Source: a virus. From it: a DNA stretch of 64,000 nt. Below are positions 1 to 12,400 of this stretch, piece by piece. The DNA lies in IMG/VR virus record IMGVR_UViG_3300030098_007301, positions 99,966 to 163,965 of that record; one strand, given 5' to 3'. The notes under the pieces were generated by a model that was not told the origin of the DNA, ran no database searches, and worked only from the letters and a program-made list of their open reading frames with translations. The position numbers were made by a program, and so were the translations under genes. The first letter of the stretch is position 1, and each line of letters starts with the position of its first letter.

Positions 1-30
1 ATTGTTGTAGGTCATGAAAAAATGAGGATA

Positions 31-402
31 TTAACTTGATTTAGGGTAAGTGGCTTTTACGCCACTGCAACTCTGAAACCATTGAGAGCTCTTGGCGCTT
101 TCGCCGAAAACTCCTGACTGTATATCCCAATAAAGCATATCTAATTGATCCGAAACTGGGGCATACCCTGACACCGCTTCAACTCGTTGATTTTTATACT
201 GCGCAGCTTCTATTTCTGCCTCTATAATATCCCACGTAGACTCAAACTCTTCCTTTGATTTTAAAGGCGCGTTTCCCGTAGGCCAATTTGCAGCTAAGTC
301 TTCGTATGTATCGTCACTAGTTGAACAAGGACCCCACCATGTTTTAGGTCCGACATAATATCCCAATCTTCTTAGGACAAGTGGTAAATGCATTTTTCCC
401 AT
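31..402 (-). CDS. Tail fibre assembly/chaperone-like small protein
   Basis: 123 aa directly downstream of tail fibre genes; C-terminal Y..V.DQLDMLY.D...W....VK..YPK pattern typical of fibre-associated phage proteins. Confidence 0.55.
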   Translation of the reverse strand: MGKMHLPLVLRRLGYYVGPKTWWGPCSTSDDTYEDLAANWPTGNAPLKSKEEFESTWDIIEAEIEAAQYKNQRVEAVSGYAPVSDQLDMLYWDIQSGVFGESAKSSQWFQSCSGVKATYPKSS

Positions 403-421
403 AATTATTTATATATGTTTA

Positions 422-3400
422 TCAAGCTACTCTCCAAATTTGTACGCTAACATAAGTGTCGTAATCGTAATCTATTCCTGCAATAGGACTAGTACTACCA
501 CCTTCTAAAGGCCTTCCTCCTCCATAAGTGTTTGTCTCGGCTAAGTTTGCCCAGTGGTAAGCTACTAGCTTGTGGCCGTTCGTGGTAATAGCGAAAGTAC
601 CTTCGGACATAGTTACTGCTGAATTAAGAGTTGAATTACCCCTAGCACTCATAGGTGCTGACAGCATTAATTGGTTGCTATTATTTACATTAGCTAAATT
701 TATTTGTTGTTCATCTATATCATAAGCTACAGCCCAAACTCTAGCGTAATAAGTTCCCGCTTGCAGGGTGATCTGATTGCTGCCTAAGGAAGCCCAAGCA
801 CTAGCGGTGGTATAATTGTTTACAACGGTAGTATTTAAAATTCTAGTGTTCCATTGCCCCCCAGAAAGAGCCCCTCCTGAACTTCCGTCATTATAACGTT
901 GAGCAAATAATGCGTAGTCACTATAATTTAAAAGGCCTCCTGCCCATTCGGCTGTCCCTGCGCTTGCATACGCTAAGAATTTAAGGTCGGCGCCGTCTGC
1001 CGGTATATGTTTATATCCGTTTGCAGTGCTGTGCGATATTGTTCCGCTAGTGGTTATAGTGCCGCCGGTTATAGCACCGGAAGTTGCTACTGAAGTAACT
1101 GTGCCGCTTCCTCCGCTAACGGTTTGCCAAGTATTATCTCCTCTTAAAAATTTAGTTGTTATTGATGAGCCGCTACCCAATCTAGCGGCGGCAACTGTGC
1201 CGGAACTAATATTACTACCATTTAAACTTGTTAAGCTCGCGCCGCTTCCACTAAATGTTGTAGCAGTGGCTGTGCCGGTAATAGTGACCCCTGCACCAGT
1301 TGTTTCGAATTTCTTTATATTGTCGTGAAAGATATCAACCCCAGCATTACCACGAGCTATTATAGCGTCTTCCCCGCCTTGGGTATAAATAAATACATCA
1401 TCTGCGCCTCGGATAACTACATCATCGTTTTCTGATGTTACATATAAATCACCTGTAGTGGTTCCCTGAATATAACTATGTGAACCATCGTGGTAAATTT
1501 CCAGATCATTACCAGTTCCCATTATAATTTTTTTATTGTCTACGAACTTTAATTGACCTGAGCTTAATACCATTTGGTCAGCGTTAGCTATTCTAAAAGA
1601 GACAGTTTGACCAGAAGCTGCGTTAAAGTAACTTCCTCCATCGGCGTCTTGTAGGACGGCATATTTACCTTCTACATTACCTAAAGCTCTATGCCCAAAT
1701 GCGGCAAAACCAGTGTAGAACATTTTGCCAATTCTAGCTTTACCTATAAGGCCAAATTCGTCAGCATTCCCCCCGACTTCAAGTAACGCAGCTGGATCTG
1801 TAGTACCAATACCGACGTTACCGTCACTCTGAATCCGCATTCTCTCTGCCGTAGTCCCCGGCGAACTAGTCCCTCCTGCTCCAGCCCCAAAGCTTAGTCC
1901 ATAATTATTTGAATCTCCATTAAATTGTACATAACCTTGGTAAGTGCTGTCTGTTTTAGCCTGCAAACGAACTCCTGCACTTGTCCAATCTGTTCCTGCG
2001 CTTTTACGTACATACTCCTCGAGTAAATACATAGTATTAGAACCAACGTCAGACTGGGAACGGATCGCAACCGAAACGTCACCAGAAGAGGATCCTAAGT
2101 CGGTAGACTCAATATCTAATTTCCCATAAGGTGATGTTCTACTTATCCCAAGATTACCAGCGTCATCAAGAGTCATTCGCCCATTAGAACCGCCAGTTCT
2201 AAAATCCAAGTGGTCCGAAGTATCGAGCTTAATTCCTGCTGTTGCAGTACCATCTGCATGTGACCAATATAATCCTGTATTATTCGGAAATCTTGCTTCT
2301 TTTTTGAAGTCCCAAGTACCGCTAGTAGAGTTAACAACCTCTGTCCCTTCTGCGACTAATGATAAATTATTTGTACCAATACCGCCGATAACAGCTTTAT
2401 CTGTATCCCATGTTAATGTTCCGTGAGCAGCTCCAGAACCCCATTGGACTACTCCATCTGCGCTAACATAAAACCTAGTAGTGTTCGCTGCATCATTTAA
2501 GACGTTAAATTGGCCACATACGCTCAGGTCATGACCGCCACTTCCTGCATTTTTAAATGTAGTTACATAATCAGCACTCGAAGATGATCCTAAAAATTGA
2601 TATGCCCTAGCCCCCGTAGATTTCCAGTCAATATAATGAGCGGTAGAGTTATCGTTATAAAATCTAAAAAACCCTGTGTTGTTGGCTCCGTTACCAAGAA
2701 CCAGATTGTTGTTACTGGTTATTGTTAAGGTTCCCGTAAGGGTAACAGGATGTAACAAACTAATAGCTGAAGTGGTGAACGAAAAAACATTTGTGGAACC
2801 AGCACCTATTATTCTGTTGTGATCGCCGTCTACCCAGAGGCGAAGGCTACTGCCTCCCGTGTTGACAGTTGCAATTCCATCCGCATTTGTGTTGGCATCT
2901 TGTCGGTTTTCTATTGTCCCAAACCCACCATTGGCGGTGGCATTAACCAATAAACTGCTACTTGTGCTAACTATTCCACTAAAATTTCCAGCTCCAACGA
3001 CCTCAAGTTTTCTTTGTCCCGGATCGGTTGTCCCTATACCAACATTACCGTTAGAGTTAATAGCCATCCTAACACTTGTGCCCGGGACCCCAGATGAATT
3101 AGAAATTTGAAATATAGAGCTCGACGACCTATCTATCCCCACCTCCCAGTTAGCGGCATTATCCCCAAATGAAATATACGGGTCATTATTTGTAGAGAAA
3201 ATTCGGAGCCTTGTAGCGCCACTACTTTTAGTTACAGTCAAGTCTCCCGTAAAGGTTCCGTCTGTACCAAAAAAAGCCCCATTATTTCTAACATTAAGAA
3301 CGGTAGCCCCAGATTGGTTTAATAAGTTCAGTAATATATTATCAACAAGATCATTACCACCTTTTGCGGTCAGAGCTACAGCAGACCCTGCTGCCGAAGT

Positions 3401-3427
3401 TACAGTTGTATTTACTAATGATGCCAT
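422..3427 (-). CDS. Tail fibre protein
   Basis: 1001 aa Gly/Ser/Thr-rich; GNVGIGTTDP repeats; DLEIYHDGSHSYI and KKFETT modules shared with the upstream giant fibre. Confidence 0.8.
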   Translation of the reverse strand: MASLVNTTVTSAAGSAVALTAKGGNDLVDNILLNLLNQSGATVLNVRNNGAFFGTDGTFTGDLTVTKSSGATRLRIFSTNNDPYISFGDNAANWEVGIDRSSSSIFQISNSSGVPGTSVRMAINSNGNVGIGTTDPGQRKLEVVGAGNFSGIVSTSSSLLVNATANGGFGTIENRQDANTNADGIATVNTGGSSLRLWVDGDHNRIIGAGSTNVFSFTTSAISLLHPVTLTGTLTITSNNNLVLGNGANNTGFFRFYNDNSTAHYIDWKSTGARAYQFLGSSSSADYVTTFKNAGSGGHDLSVCGQFNVLNDAANTTRFYVSADGVVQWGSGAAHGTLTWDTDKAVIGGIGTNNLSLVAEGTEVVNSTSGTWDFKKEARFPNNTGLYWSHADGTATAGIKLDTSDHLDFRTGGSNGRMTLDDAGNLGISRTSPYGKLDIESTDLGSSSGDVSVAIRSQSDVGSNTMYLLEEYVRKSAGTDWTSAGVRLQAKTDSTYQGYVQFNGDSNNYGLSFGAGAGGTSSPGTTAERMRIQSDGNVGIGTTDPAALLEVGGNADEFGLIGKARIGKMFYTGFAAFGHRALGNVEGKYAVLQDADGGSYFNAASGQTVSFRIANADQMVLSSGQLKFVDNKKIIMGTGNDLEIYHDGSHSYIQGTTTGDLYVTSENDDVVIRGADDVFIYTQGGEDAIIARGNAGVDIFHDNIKKFETTGAGVTITGTATATTFSGSGASLTSLNGSNISSGTVAAARLGSGSSITTKFLRGDNTWQTVSGGSGTVTSVATSGAITGGTITTSGTISHSTANGYKHIPADGADLKFLAYASAGTAEWAGGLLNYSDYALFAQRYNDGSSGGALSGGQWNTRILNTTVVNNYTTASAWASLGSNQITLQAGTYYARVWAVAYDIDEQQINLANVNNSNQLMLSAPMSARGNSTLNSAVTMSEGTFAITTNGHKLVAYHWANLAETNTYGGGRPLEGGSTSPIAGIDYDYDTYVSVQIWRVA

Positions 3428-6400
3428 TTAAATCCTTTTCTTCAATTCCTGAACTTCCTTATAAAGTTCTTTAAATCCTCCCAACAGTACTGTCACTGCT
3501 CGACTATAATTTACACTGGAAGGATTACCTTTTTCGTCCTTCTCGACCAATTCCGGAAACAATTCCGCAAGTTCTTCCGCGATTAAACCGATTTCTTTTT
3601 TCTTCTTATTTTCTTTTCTGTTGTATTTTACTGGGCGGATTTTATTTATTATATCCAAACTTGGAGTATAAGTTTCAACATTTTCTTTTATAGCGATACT
3701 TGAAGTTTCAGTTAAGGTTCCTGTCACGGTAACTCCGCCACTCGTAGTTTCAAATTTCTTGCTGTTGTCATAGTATAACTCAACGGCACCATTTGCAGTC
3801 GCATTTAGTAAGTGCTCAGTAGAAGACTTGAACCTAATATTGCTGTTTGTGTCTAAAATTATGTCACCAGTTGATGCTTCTTTTATATAACTGTTAGAAC
3901 CATCGTGGTAAATTTGCAGATCGTCACCATTACCGTATACAGATTTAACATTATCCCGCATTCGGACTAAGTCCATTGACTCATCCCATTCCCAATATCG
4001 CCCAGAGGTAGCACCAAAAAAACGAACATCATGACCTGCATCATCTACGCCTACCCTCACGATTCCATTTACATGCAATGAAGCTTCTGGCGAAGTTGTT
4101 CCTATGCCAACCCTATCCCCATCGCCGTCAACTGTTAATATAGGAGTAAGAGCACTACCAGCATTATTATACTCTCCCATATCTAAACGTGAGCCAGTCT
4201 TTCTTATACCTAAGCGGTGGTAAGCCGTGTCTGTTCCATGGAATTGTATTTCTGCTCCCGCCGAAGTGCCACGACTAATCATCAAGTCACCAACAGGGTC
4301 TCCACCTATACCAACATTTCCGTCATCTGATATCACTAATTTAGGACTCGCAAAATTAGCTCCAGTTGAAAAAACAAAAGCATTATTAATTGCGTCGTCA
4401 TTACCTATTGTCCATCTATCTGCGTAAGTATCAGCGGCAACAGTTTCTCTGAAAAAGATTTTAGTTTCGCCACTCGAAGAAATCCTTATAGCGCCATTAA
4501 TAATATCTAGTCTTTGCCCCGGAGTTATGGTTCCTATACCTACGCTACCGTCAGAAGTAATTCGCATCGCTTCATCACTCGCAGTAATTCCGTTAGTTTT
4601 GAAACGGACGTAGTCTGTTGAAGCAAGAGTAAGTCCGTAGCCGGTGTTAACTGCGTTAATTTCAAATTGGTTAGTTCTGTCGGTTCCTCCGCCAGTAGCT
4701 CCCCATAAATTTATATATGATGTTTTTGAATTATTAGTTAAGGATATAGTTGGGCCAACTGCATCATTTTGCTTAATATGTAATATTGTTCCCGGATTGT
4801 TTGTTCCTATTCCGACATTGCCGTCATTCTTAACGACCATTCGTGACGCACTATTAAGTCTGTCGTAAATTTCTAAAGAACTGCCTGCAGATATATTTGT
4901 ACCGATTTCCCAACGATTTGCTACTGTTCCACCTACGTTAGACTTAAACCAAACTGAAGCATTTGCATTAGCTGTGCTTGACTCTATATGAACTATTGAA
5001 GTCGTTCCTTGGACATGAAGTTTTTGGGCTGGACTTGTTGTTCCTATGCCGACACTCCCTGTAGTTTTCGCAATAGTGAAAGGAACTAAAGTGCTAGTAA
5101 CATCCGTTATTCTAAAGCCATTTGTAAAGTCAGCACTAATGTCATAGACATAGTTTGAGCTTGTAGAATCTTCAAGCCGAAGCGCTGCAGTTCCTCCGAA
5201 CTTGATGTGAATTGGTTTAGCGGCGACATTACTCACTGACGAATTACCAAATATTCCAGTCGTAGCTCTAAGTTGGCCATTTACTTCCAGCTTATTAGCG
5301 GCATTTGGAGAGACGTTAATTCCTACTGACGTTCCGTTGTCAGTTATTTGGGAGTTTCCTATCGTATCACTGTCGGTCCACTTAGTTACCTTATTGGCTG
5401 TACCTGAACCATCTACTGCTCCGGCCCCGATTGCGGTTTCTATAACATTCCCGGATGAATCTACAGATAATTTATAAGCAGCAGTCCCCGTATGAGTTCC
5501 CGATCCGTATTTATATAACGTGAACATCCCTGTTACGCCTGACAAATTTAACAATAAGTCACTAGCTGAGACTGCCCCTGTGCCTGCGTGCCTACCTATT
5601 TGAAACCTTTGATGCGACTCTGCGTTGTCATTCCCATTACTATCTAGATTTATGAAAAGTCCACCGTATGTGTTAATTCTTATATCGTCATCCGCATTAC
5701 CCGAAGAATTACGAGAGGAAATAGAATGGTGGGCATTATTGTCACCAAAAAAGGTGATATAATCACCCTTTGTTTCAAAGTTAATGTTACCGTCGACAGT
5801 TAGGTCGCTATTAATGTAAGTAGCACCGTTTACATAAAGCTTTGCGCTGGGGTTCGTTATTCCTATACCGACATTGCCGCTGTCTTGAACTGTAAGAGTT
5901 TGAGTATTATTCTCTGTGCCTATATAAACTCTTCCAGCTGTTCCAAGCCCATCTGCGCGAAGATAGACATCATTGGACGTATCAATATAGAACATTCCTC
6001 TATGCCAAGAGGTAGAGTTAGCAGCGTTTTCATAATCCTTGTTCCAGACCTCAACATACGATTCCCTAACTGTAGTGCCATTTGGCATCACGCGTAATGC
6101 CATAGCGTTGTCTGCAAGAGGTCTTAAATGAGCGTAATGATCAGCAGTTTGAGCTTTTCCTAAAGTAAATCCAAGGCTCCCGCCTTGAACTGTTATTTTA
6201 GTAGCAGTAGTATTCGCGGTTGAGTCCTCTACATGAAGTCTTGTAGCTGGAGTATTTGTTCCTATACCAATATTACCACCGAAACGAATTACAAAACGAT
6301 CAGCGTAAGTTGTATTGCTACCAGTCACGCCTGAGAATCTGAGGTCTCCTTGACTGTGACCATTACTTTCTCCTGTGGTGTTAGCACCGGGAGTAACTAC

Positions 6401-9400
6401 ATTTATCCTCCAATAGTCTTTATTTAATCCACCGTAATCATCTATAGGTCGATTGCTTCCAAAAGCTAGCATTTGATACGTATTGTTAGAAACAATATTT
6501 TGAGTGATTCTTTGTTTTCCAACTACGTCTAATTTTTCTACTGGACTATTTGTTCCTACGCCAACACTTCCATTAGAAAGATATAAAACATTAGATACTC
6601 CCCCAACATCAAATTGAATTTTATTACTATTGTGACTTCCTAATATTCTAGTATTTTCATTATTCCAATCTATAGATTCACCATTTGGCAATCTTAAGCC
6701 TCCCCCTACCAATTCTAATAATTTACCCGGGTCTGTTGTTCCTATACCAACAAAACCAGCCGAAGAGCCTGTTCCACCACGAATTGTCATGGCTACAGTG
6801 TCTGCTGGGGCAAATTGTATTAAATTTCCATCTGTGGCTGACTGGTAATAAGTAGTAAACTTCAACTTGTTTTGCCCCGACTGATCAAATACTATATCAG
6901 CCGTTTGGGTTCCGCCGCTGGAATGTTCAAAATGAATCTTGGGTGCAGTGGCACTACCAGCGGTTGTAGCCCTAAGTTTGAGAAGATCAGGGCCAGTACC
7001 TTGAACATGAAGAAGATAACCCGGATTATTTGTTCCTATACCTACAAGGCCCTCTTTATTAATAACCATTCTTTGCCGGATGCCTTGCGTCGCAGCACCA
7101 GCCGTTGCAAAAATTAATTCACCATCAATCCAACTATCGCTATTCCCTGTACCTAATGGTGATCTAGCATAAATAGCTGCCGTCGCCGCCTTATAAGGAC
7201 TAGATCCAGTTTCCCTTTTTGCGAAAAGAAGCATTGGGGAGAACCCGCCTGCGGTAGTGTCGTCATTATATAATATTAAACCGGGTTTTGTTGGACCAGT
7301 CGTCGTTCCATCTGAAATAGCGATTAACGCTCTAAAATCATCAGTATTAGTAACAGAAGGATCATAGTCGCTGTGGCTACCTGTGTTGGCGATATAAATA
7401 TCATTACCGCCATATGCAGTTCCCGGTATTGTATAATTAGCGCCTATTTGTAATTTACCAGTGGGGTTACCTGTGCCTATGCCAACATTACCAACAGAGG
7501 TAATACGCATATGCTCAGTACCGTTATTTGTGAGAAATTTGATATAATCATCATCCTTACATTGAATTGTCCAATGGGTACCTGCGTCTAAAAATCCTAC
7601 CATGCCACCGTTTGCATATATATAACCATCTGTATTACCCGCGCTATCTTCAAACTGTATTCCTGTATCAGCACCTGAGCCTTTTATTTTAAGCGATGAA
7701 TTATAACCTCCGCCTGCTATTTCTAACTTTGAATCAGGACCTGTTGTACCTATACCAACTTTTCCATCTTGCTGGATGGTCATTTTAGCATTAGTTATCG
7801 ACATAGGGTCACTATTATGACCTGCAGTAAACATTAACTTTTCAGTCCCAGCAGTACCATTACCTACTTGCAATATAGCGCAACCATAATTACCCGCTGC
7901 CCGCTGCAAATAAATAGCTGAAGATACAGCATCATTAGCTCCAGTTTTAAATAGATTTAATAAAGCTGCTGGAGCGTCTGTTCCTATACCAACATTACCG
8001 TCAGCCAAGATACGCATCTTTTCAGACATCGTTCCATCTTTTCTGGTCTCAAAAAATAGATCAGCAGTCCTATTCGCTGAAGTAGAAAAATCTTCTATGG
8101 CGATCGCGCGAACTGATGCACCGTTGATTCCGTTTGCAGGGCAAAAATATAGATTAGAGGTATTGTTAGCGGTAGCCGTATTATTGGAAAGGTAAAAATT
8201 AGCAGTAGTAGCATGAGTGCTTTGAAAAATTGCAACATCAGTGTTGCTGGTTTGAACTTTTAGTCTTGCATTTGGATTATTTATCCCTATACCTACATTA
8301 CCTCCAACAACATGCATGGTTTCGGTATCAGTGCCCGCCACTATAGTACTAAACGTTAAACGGCCATCTTCTTCTGTATCAGTATTATCAACAATAAATG
8401 ATTCGATTGTACTGTACCGCGTATTATTTCCTCCATCATCTTCAGCATCAAAACGAATAAAATTAGCAAGACCAGCATTAGTAGCAAAATCTGTTCTAAA
8501 AGTAATACCAACTGGCCCCACTCCATTATTATCAAAAAACACTTCTTGAGCAGAAGCTGAATCTGTATGTATATGGAAAATAGTTGCGGGAGCATCTGTT
8601 CCTATGCCAACATTACCGTCATTTTGTATTGTTAAAGCTTCTGTAGTATTATTAGTAAAGAATGATATATTAGAGTTTTCATAGTTTTGAATTCTCAAAG
8701 CAGAGGAGTTGTAACCTATCCTTGCTCCGTCTGTAGCTGTAGCTCCTAATCCCCCATCTGTAATTCTAATGTAACCAAAACCATCTGCACTTCCATGAAC
8801 ATGTAAAGCGTTGGCTGGATTTGTTGTCCCTATACCAACATTACCATCCCTTGTGAGCGACATTATGTCAGATTTAGTACCAGAAAAATTACGCCTAAAG
8901 GTTAAACCATCTACCCCACTTATGCCTATATAATAACCTTTTCTCTCTCCTGTCCTTTCTATGTAAATTCCGTTTTCAGCAGAAGTGCCAGTTTGTTTTA
9001 TCGCTAGGGCTGCGGTCCCCAAGTCATTAGCAGCGTCAGAGAATGAACCCCCAATATGTAAATCTGCTTTAGGGGCGATTTGTCCTATACCAACATTACC
9101 GTCGCCAATAATACGCACTTTTTCTGAAGATGTACCAGCATTGTCTGTGGAGAACGAAATGTAACCGGTATTGTTAGCTCCCGTAGTCCCCCCTTGAATC
9201 ATTGCTACTCCACCGACATTATTTCCAAAAAGTATTGTACCAACAATATCTGTGGTATTGTTATTGGCATGTTTTAAGAATATTTCCGCCCCTTCGTCAT
9301 GCGCCCCATCACTTAAAAGTTGTAATAGCGAAGCTGGAGCATCTGTTCCTATACCGACATTTCCGTCAGATTGGATACGCATTCTTTCCGCTAACGTATT

Positions 9401-12400
9401 GCTTGCTTCAGTATGAAAAGTTAGATTACTGTTTCCTGCTGAACCATAAAAGTTAGCGATAACTGCGTCGGCTGAAGCCCCCGCGGTACCCGCTACAGAT
9501 AACCCCAAACTAACAAATTGCCCGTTTGCAGCAGTGCTATAGTTACTTAACTTTAAAGCATTATCGTTCTGGGCATTGCTTATTGAAGTCGCTGATGAAC
9601 TTTTTTCAACTTGCAAAGGGTTTCCGGGGTCAGCTACTCCTATGCCAACTCCAGTAGATTTAACCACTAAATGATTGTCATTAAAACTTGCGCTAGCATT
9701 AAATTTCAAAGCGGTAGCGGAATGGTCCCATCCTATTTTTGCATTAGTAGCGGTATCCGCTAATAAGAAATAGATATCATGCGAAGCCCCTCCTTTTATC
9801 TCTACGCCAACGTGATTGTCAGTCTGAACTCTAAGAGGTATATCGTTCCCAGCGATATATACGTGAAGCCTTTCAGCTGGAACTGTTGTTCCTATACCGA
9901 CTTGACCGCCATTTAGGAAACTAACTGTCGGCGTAGCGCCACCTGCTAAAAAGTCTAACCTGTCTTCGGTGGCGGTTTTTACAAACTGTATATCGAAGGC
10001 GTTTGCTGCCGCTCCGTTCTTGCTATTAAATCGAAGTTTAGCGTTTCCTGTTGAGGTATTTAATTTGCCAATATTTAAAATAGGGGAGGTATAGTTTAGC
10101 GTTAATTCCCCCGCCATTTGAACTGAAGTATTACTTGGAACTGTGATAATGGAGTCCCCAATCGTATCGGAGTCTGTCCATCTTGGGATAGTATTAGCGG
10201 TACCGGAGCCATCGACATATCCTGCTCCAATCGCCGTCTCTATAATATTTCCGCTGGAGTCTACCGATAATCGGTAAGCAGTAGTTCCTGTATGAGTTCC
10301 GCTGCCGTAAGAATTAAATTGGAGTTGGCCGTCGCCCTTAATAGCCAGTCGAGTGGCCGTGTCAGTAACATCGTAAAATTCTAAAACTCCATTAACAGTT
10401 TGACCATCTACAATTCTCCAATTCTGAGTTGTGCTTCCCGTCTTCTTAATTTCAAAACCTACTGTAGAATTAGATGCAACTTCAGCTTTTACTATAGTGG
10501 TCCCTAAAGTTTTATTAAGATGAAGGAGCTCATCAGGAGAAGTTGTTCCTATGCCAACTTTACCGTCAGATAAAATGCGCATCCGTTCTGAACCGCCAGT
10601 ATCAAAAATTGTCTCGTTAGTTCGTAAGCGGAAGGTCCTAAAACCAGTATTTGCAGTATTGGATGAGAGAACCTGAATTTCGTTTGAAACGCTATCGGGA
10701 TCAACGCGCCAGTTACCTTGTGTGCCTAATACGTTGAATTTTGATAAAGGCGCATTTGTACCTATGCCGACATTACTGTCAGATGTAATACGCATCGCCT
10801 CGTCTATCGTATATTGAGTGCCGGTCCGGGTAACATTAAAAGTTAGAGCTTCGTTCCAATAATTTCCATAAGCAGTAGTTTTAACTGAACGTATATAAAT
10901 TCCGTAGCCAGCTGTCCCAAGACCTCCTAAACGTATTCCTGTATAACCACCTATACCTCCAAGTTCATTTCCTCCAAAATATGCAGCATCTTCTGATGCG
11001 TTAGAGGAGTTTGACCCTGATGTAGAAGGCATTACCTGAAGTCTATTAAGGGGAACAGTTAAACCTACGCCAACATTACCATTAGTCAGAAGTGACATTA
11101 TGTGGACTGGCGTGGCAGTCGGATTAACGGAAGACAAGTCACAAGTAAACGCCAACCTGTCTCCTGTTGCAGTAGTGTCTGCTAGGGCTTGTATTCCCCA
11201 CCACTGTCTATGGTTAGTTGAGTTATTATACGAATTGGAACTGAAATATAGTTTAGGAGAATTGAAAGCGGCTCCTGTGAAATGTTGAAATAGCTGAACA
11301 TATCCATGATGGAACAAATCACCATTGTTCATTCCAACATTTACGTCTAAAGCTGCAACTCGGCTATTGCCAGAATCTGGTTGATTTCTGTGGTAAATTC
11401 TTGCGGTAGGAAGATCGTCTGTGAAACCGCCGTTATGATAAATATCTAACTTTGCTGCTCCGGGCTGATCTGTTCCTATACCAGCACGACCATTGTTTTT
11501 GACAAAGAAGCCTGTTCCCGCTCCTGTATAGGTAGCTAAGGCGTATACCGTGGTTCCCGTGTTCGATGAACAGTCTATGCTTAGGCCATAGCCATTAGCG
11601 TTTGAGTTTTTGATAATAACAGCCCAGTCAGCAGCATTTTCCAGCACGTTGAGCTTTACTCCCGGGTCCGTTGTTCCTATGCCAACTTTACCGTCATTCT
11701 TAATTATGAATGGAGCCGAAGCGTGATGAACATAAAAGAACGTTGAAGCAGGACAATCAGTATCCGAATTATCTTGATTGATAACAAACGGATGATAATG
11801 AAGCCCAGCTTTTCCGCCATCTTGAATCCAAAAAGTATTATTAGAAGATGAGTCAGTTGTTTTGAAAGTTAATCCAGTGCTACCAGCTGTTCCTTTTATT
11901 TCTAATTTTGCATCTGGATCAGTTACGCCTATACCAACATTTCCGTCGGACTTAATGCGCATTCTCTCCAGAATATTTGGAACACTCCCAGAAGCATCTG
12001 AAGTAAAAAACCTCATATCGGAAGTATGAGTTGCTCCCGGCTCCGTTACTTGAATTCTAGCTGTTGGGTTAGCGTGAGTTGTTGTTCTTGTGAAATCTAT
12101 TACTCTAACGTTGCCACTTGATGACCCTATTTCTATTCCGTCATTATCAGCAGAAGCAATAACCTCTAAAGTCTTGCCCGGAGACGCTGTTCCTATTCCA
12201 ACGCTAGCATGACTAACATTTATAACTTTTTCTATATTATCTGTCCCGTGTTCCCTTGCTCCAATATGAACCATGCCTCCATATTGCCCGTCTCCAGCAT
12301 TAGGTCGACTCGCCCATACCCCTGCTAAAACAGTTTGTGTTTCGCTACTGTTGTATGCTCCTCCAAAAGCAATGCCTCCAGCATGGGCATTCGCATAGGT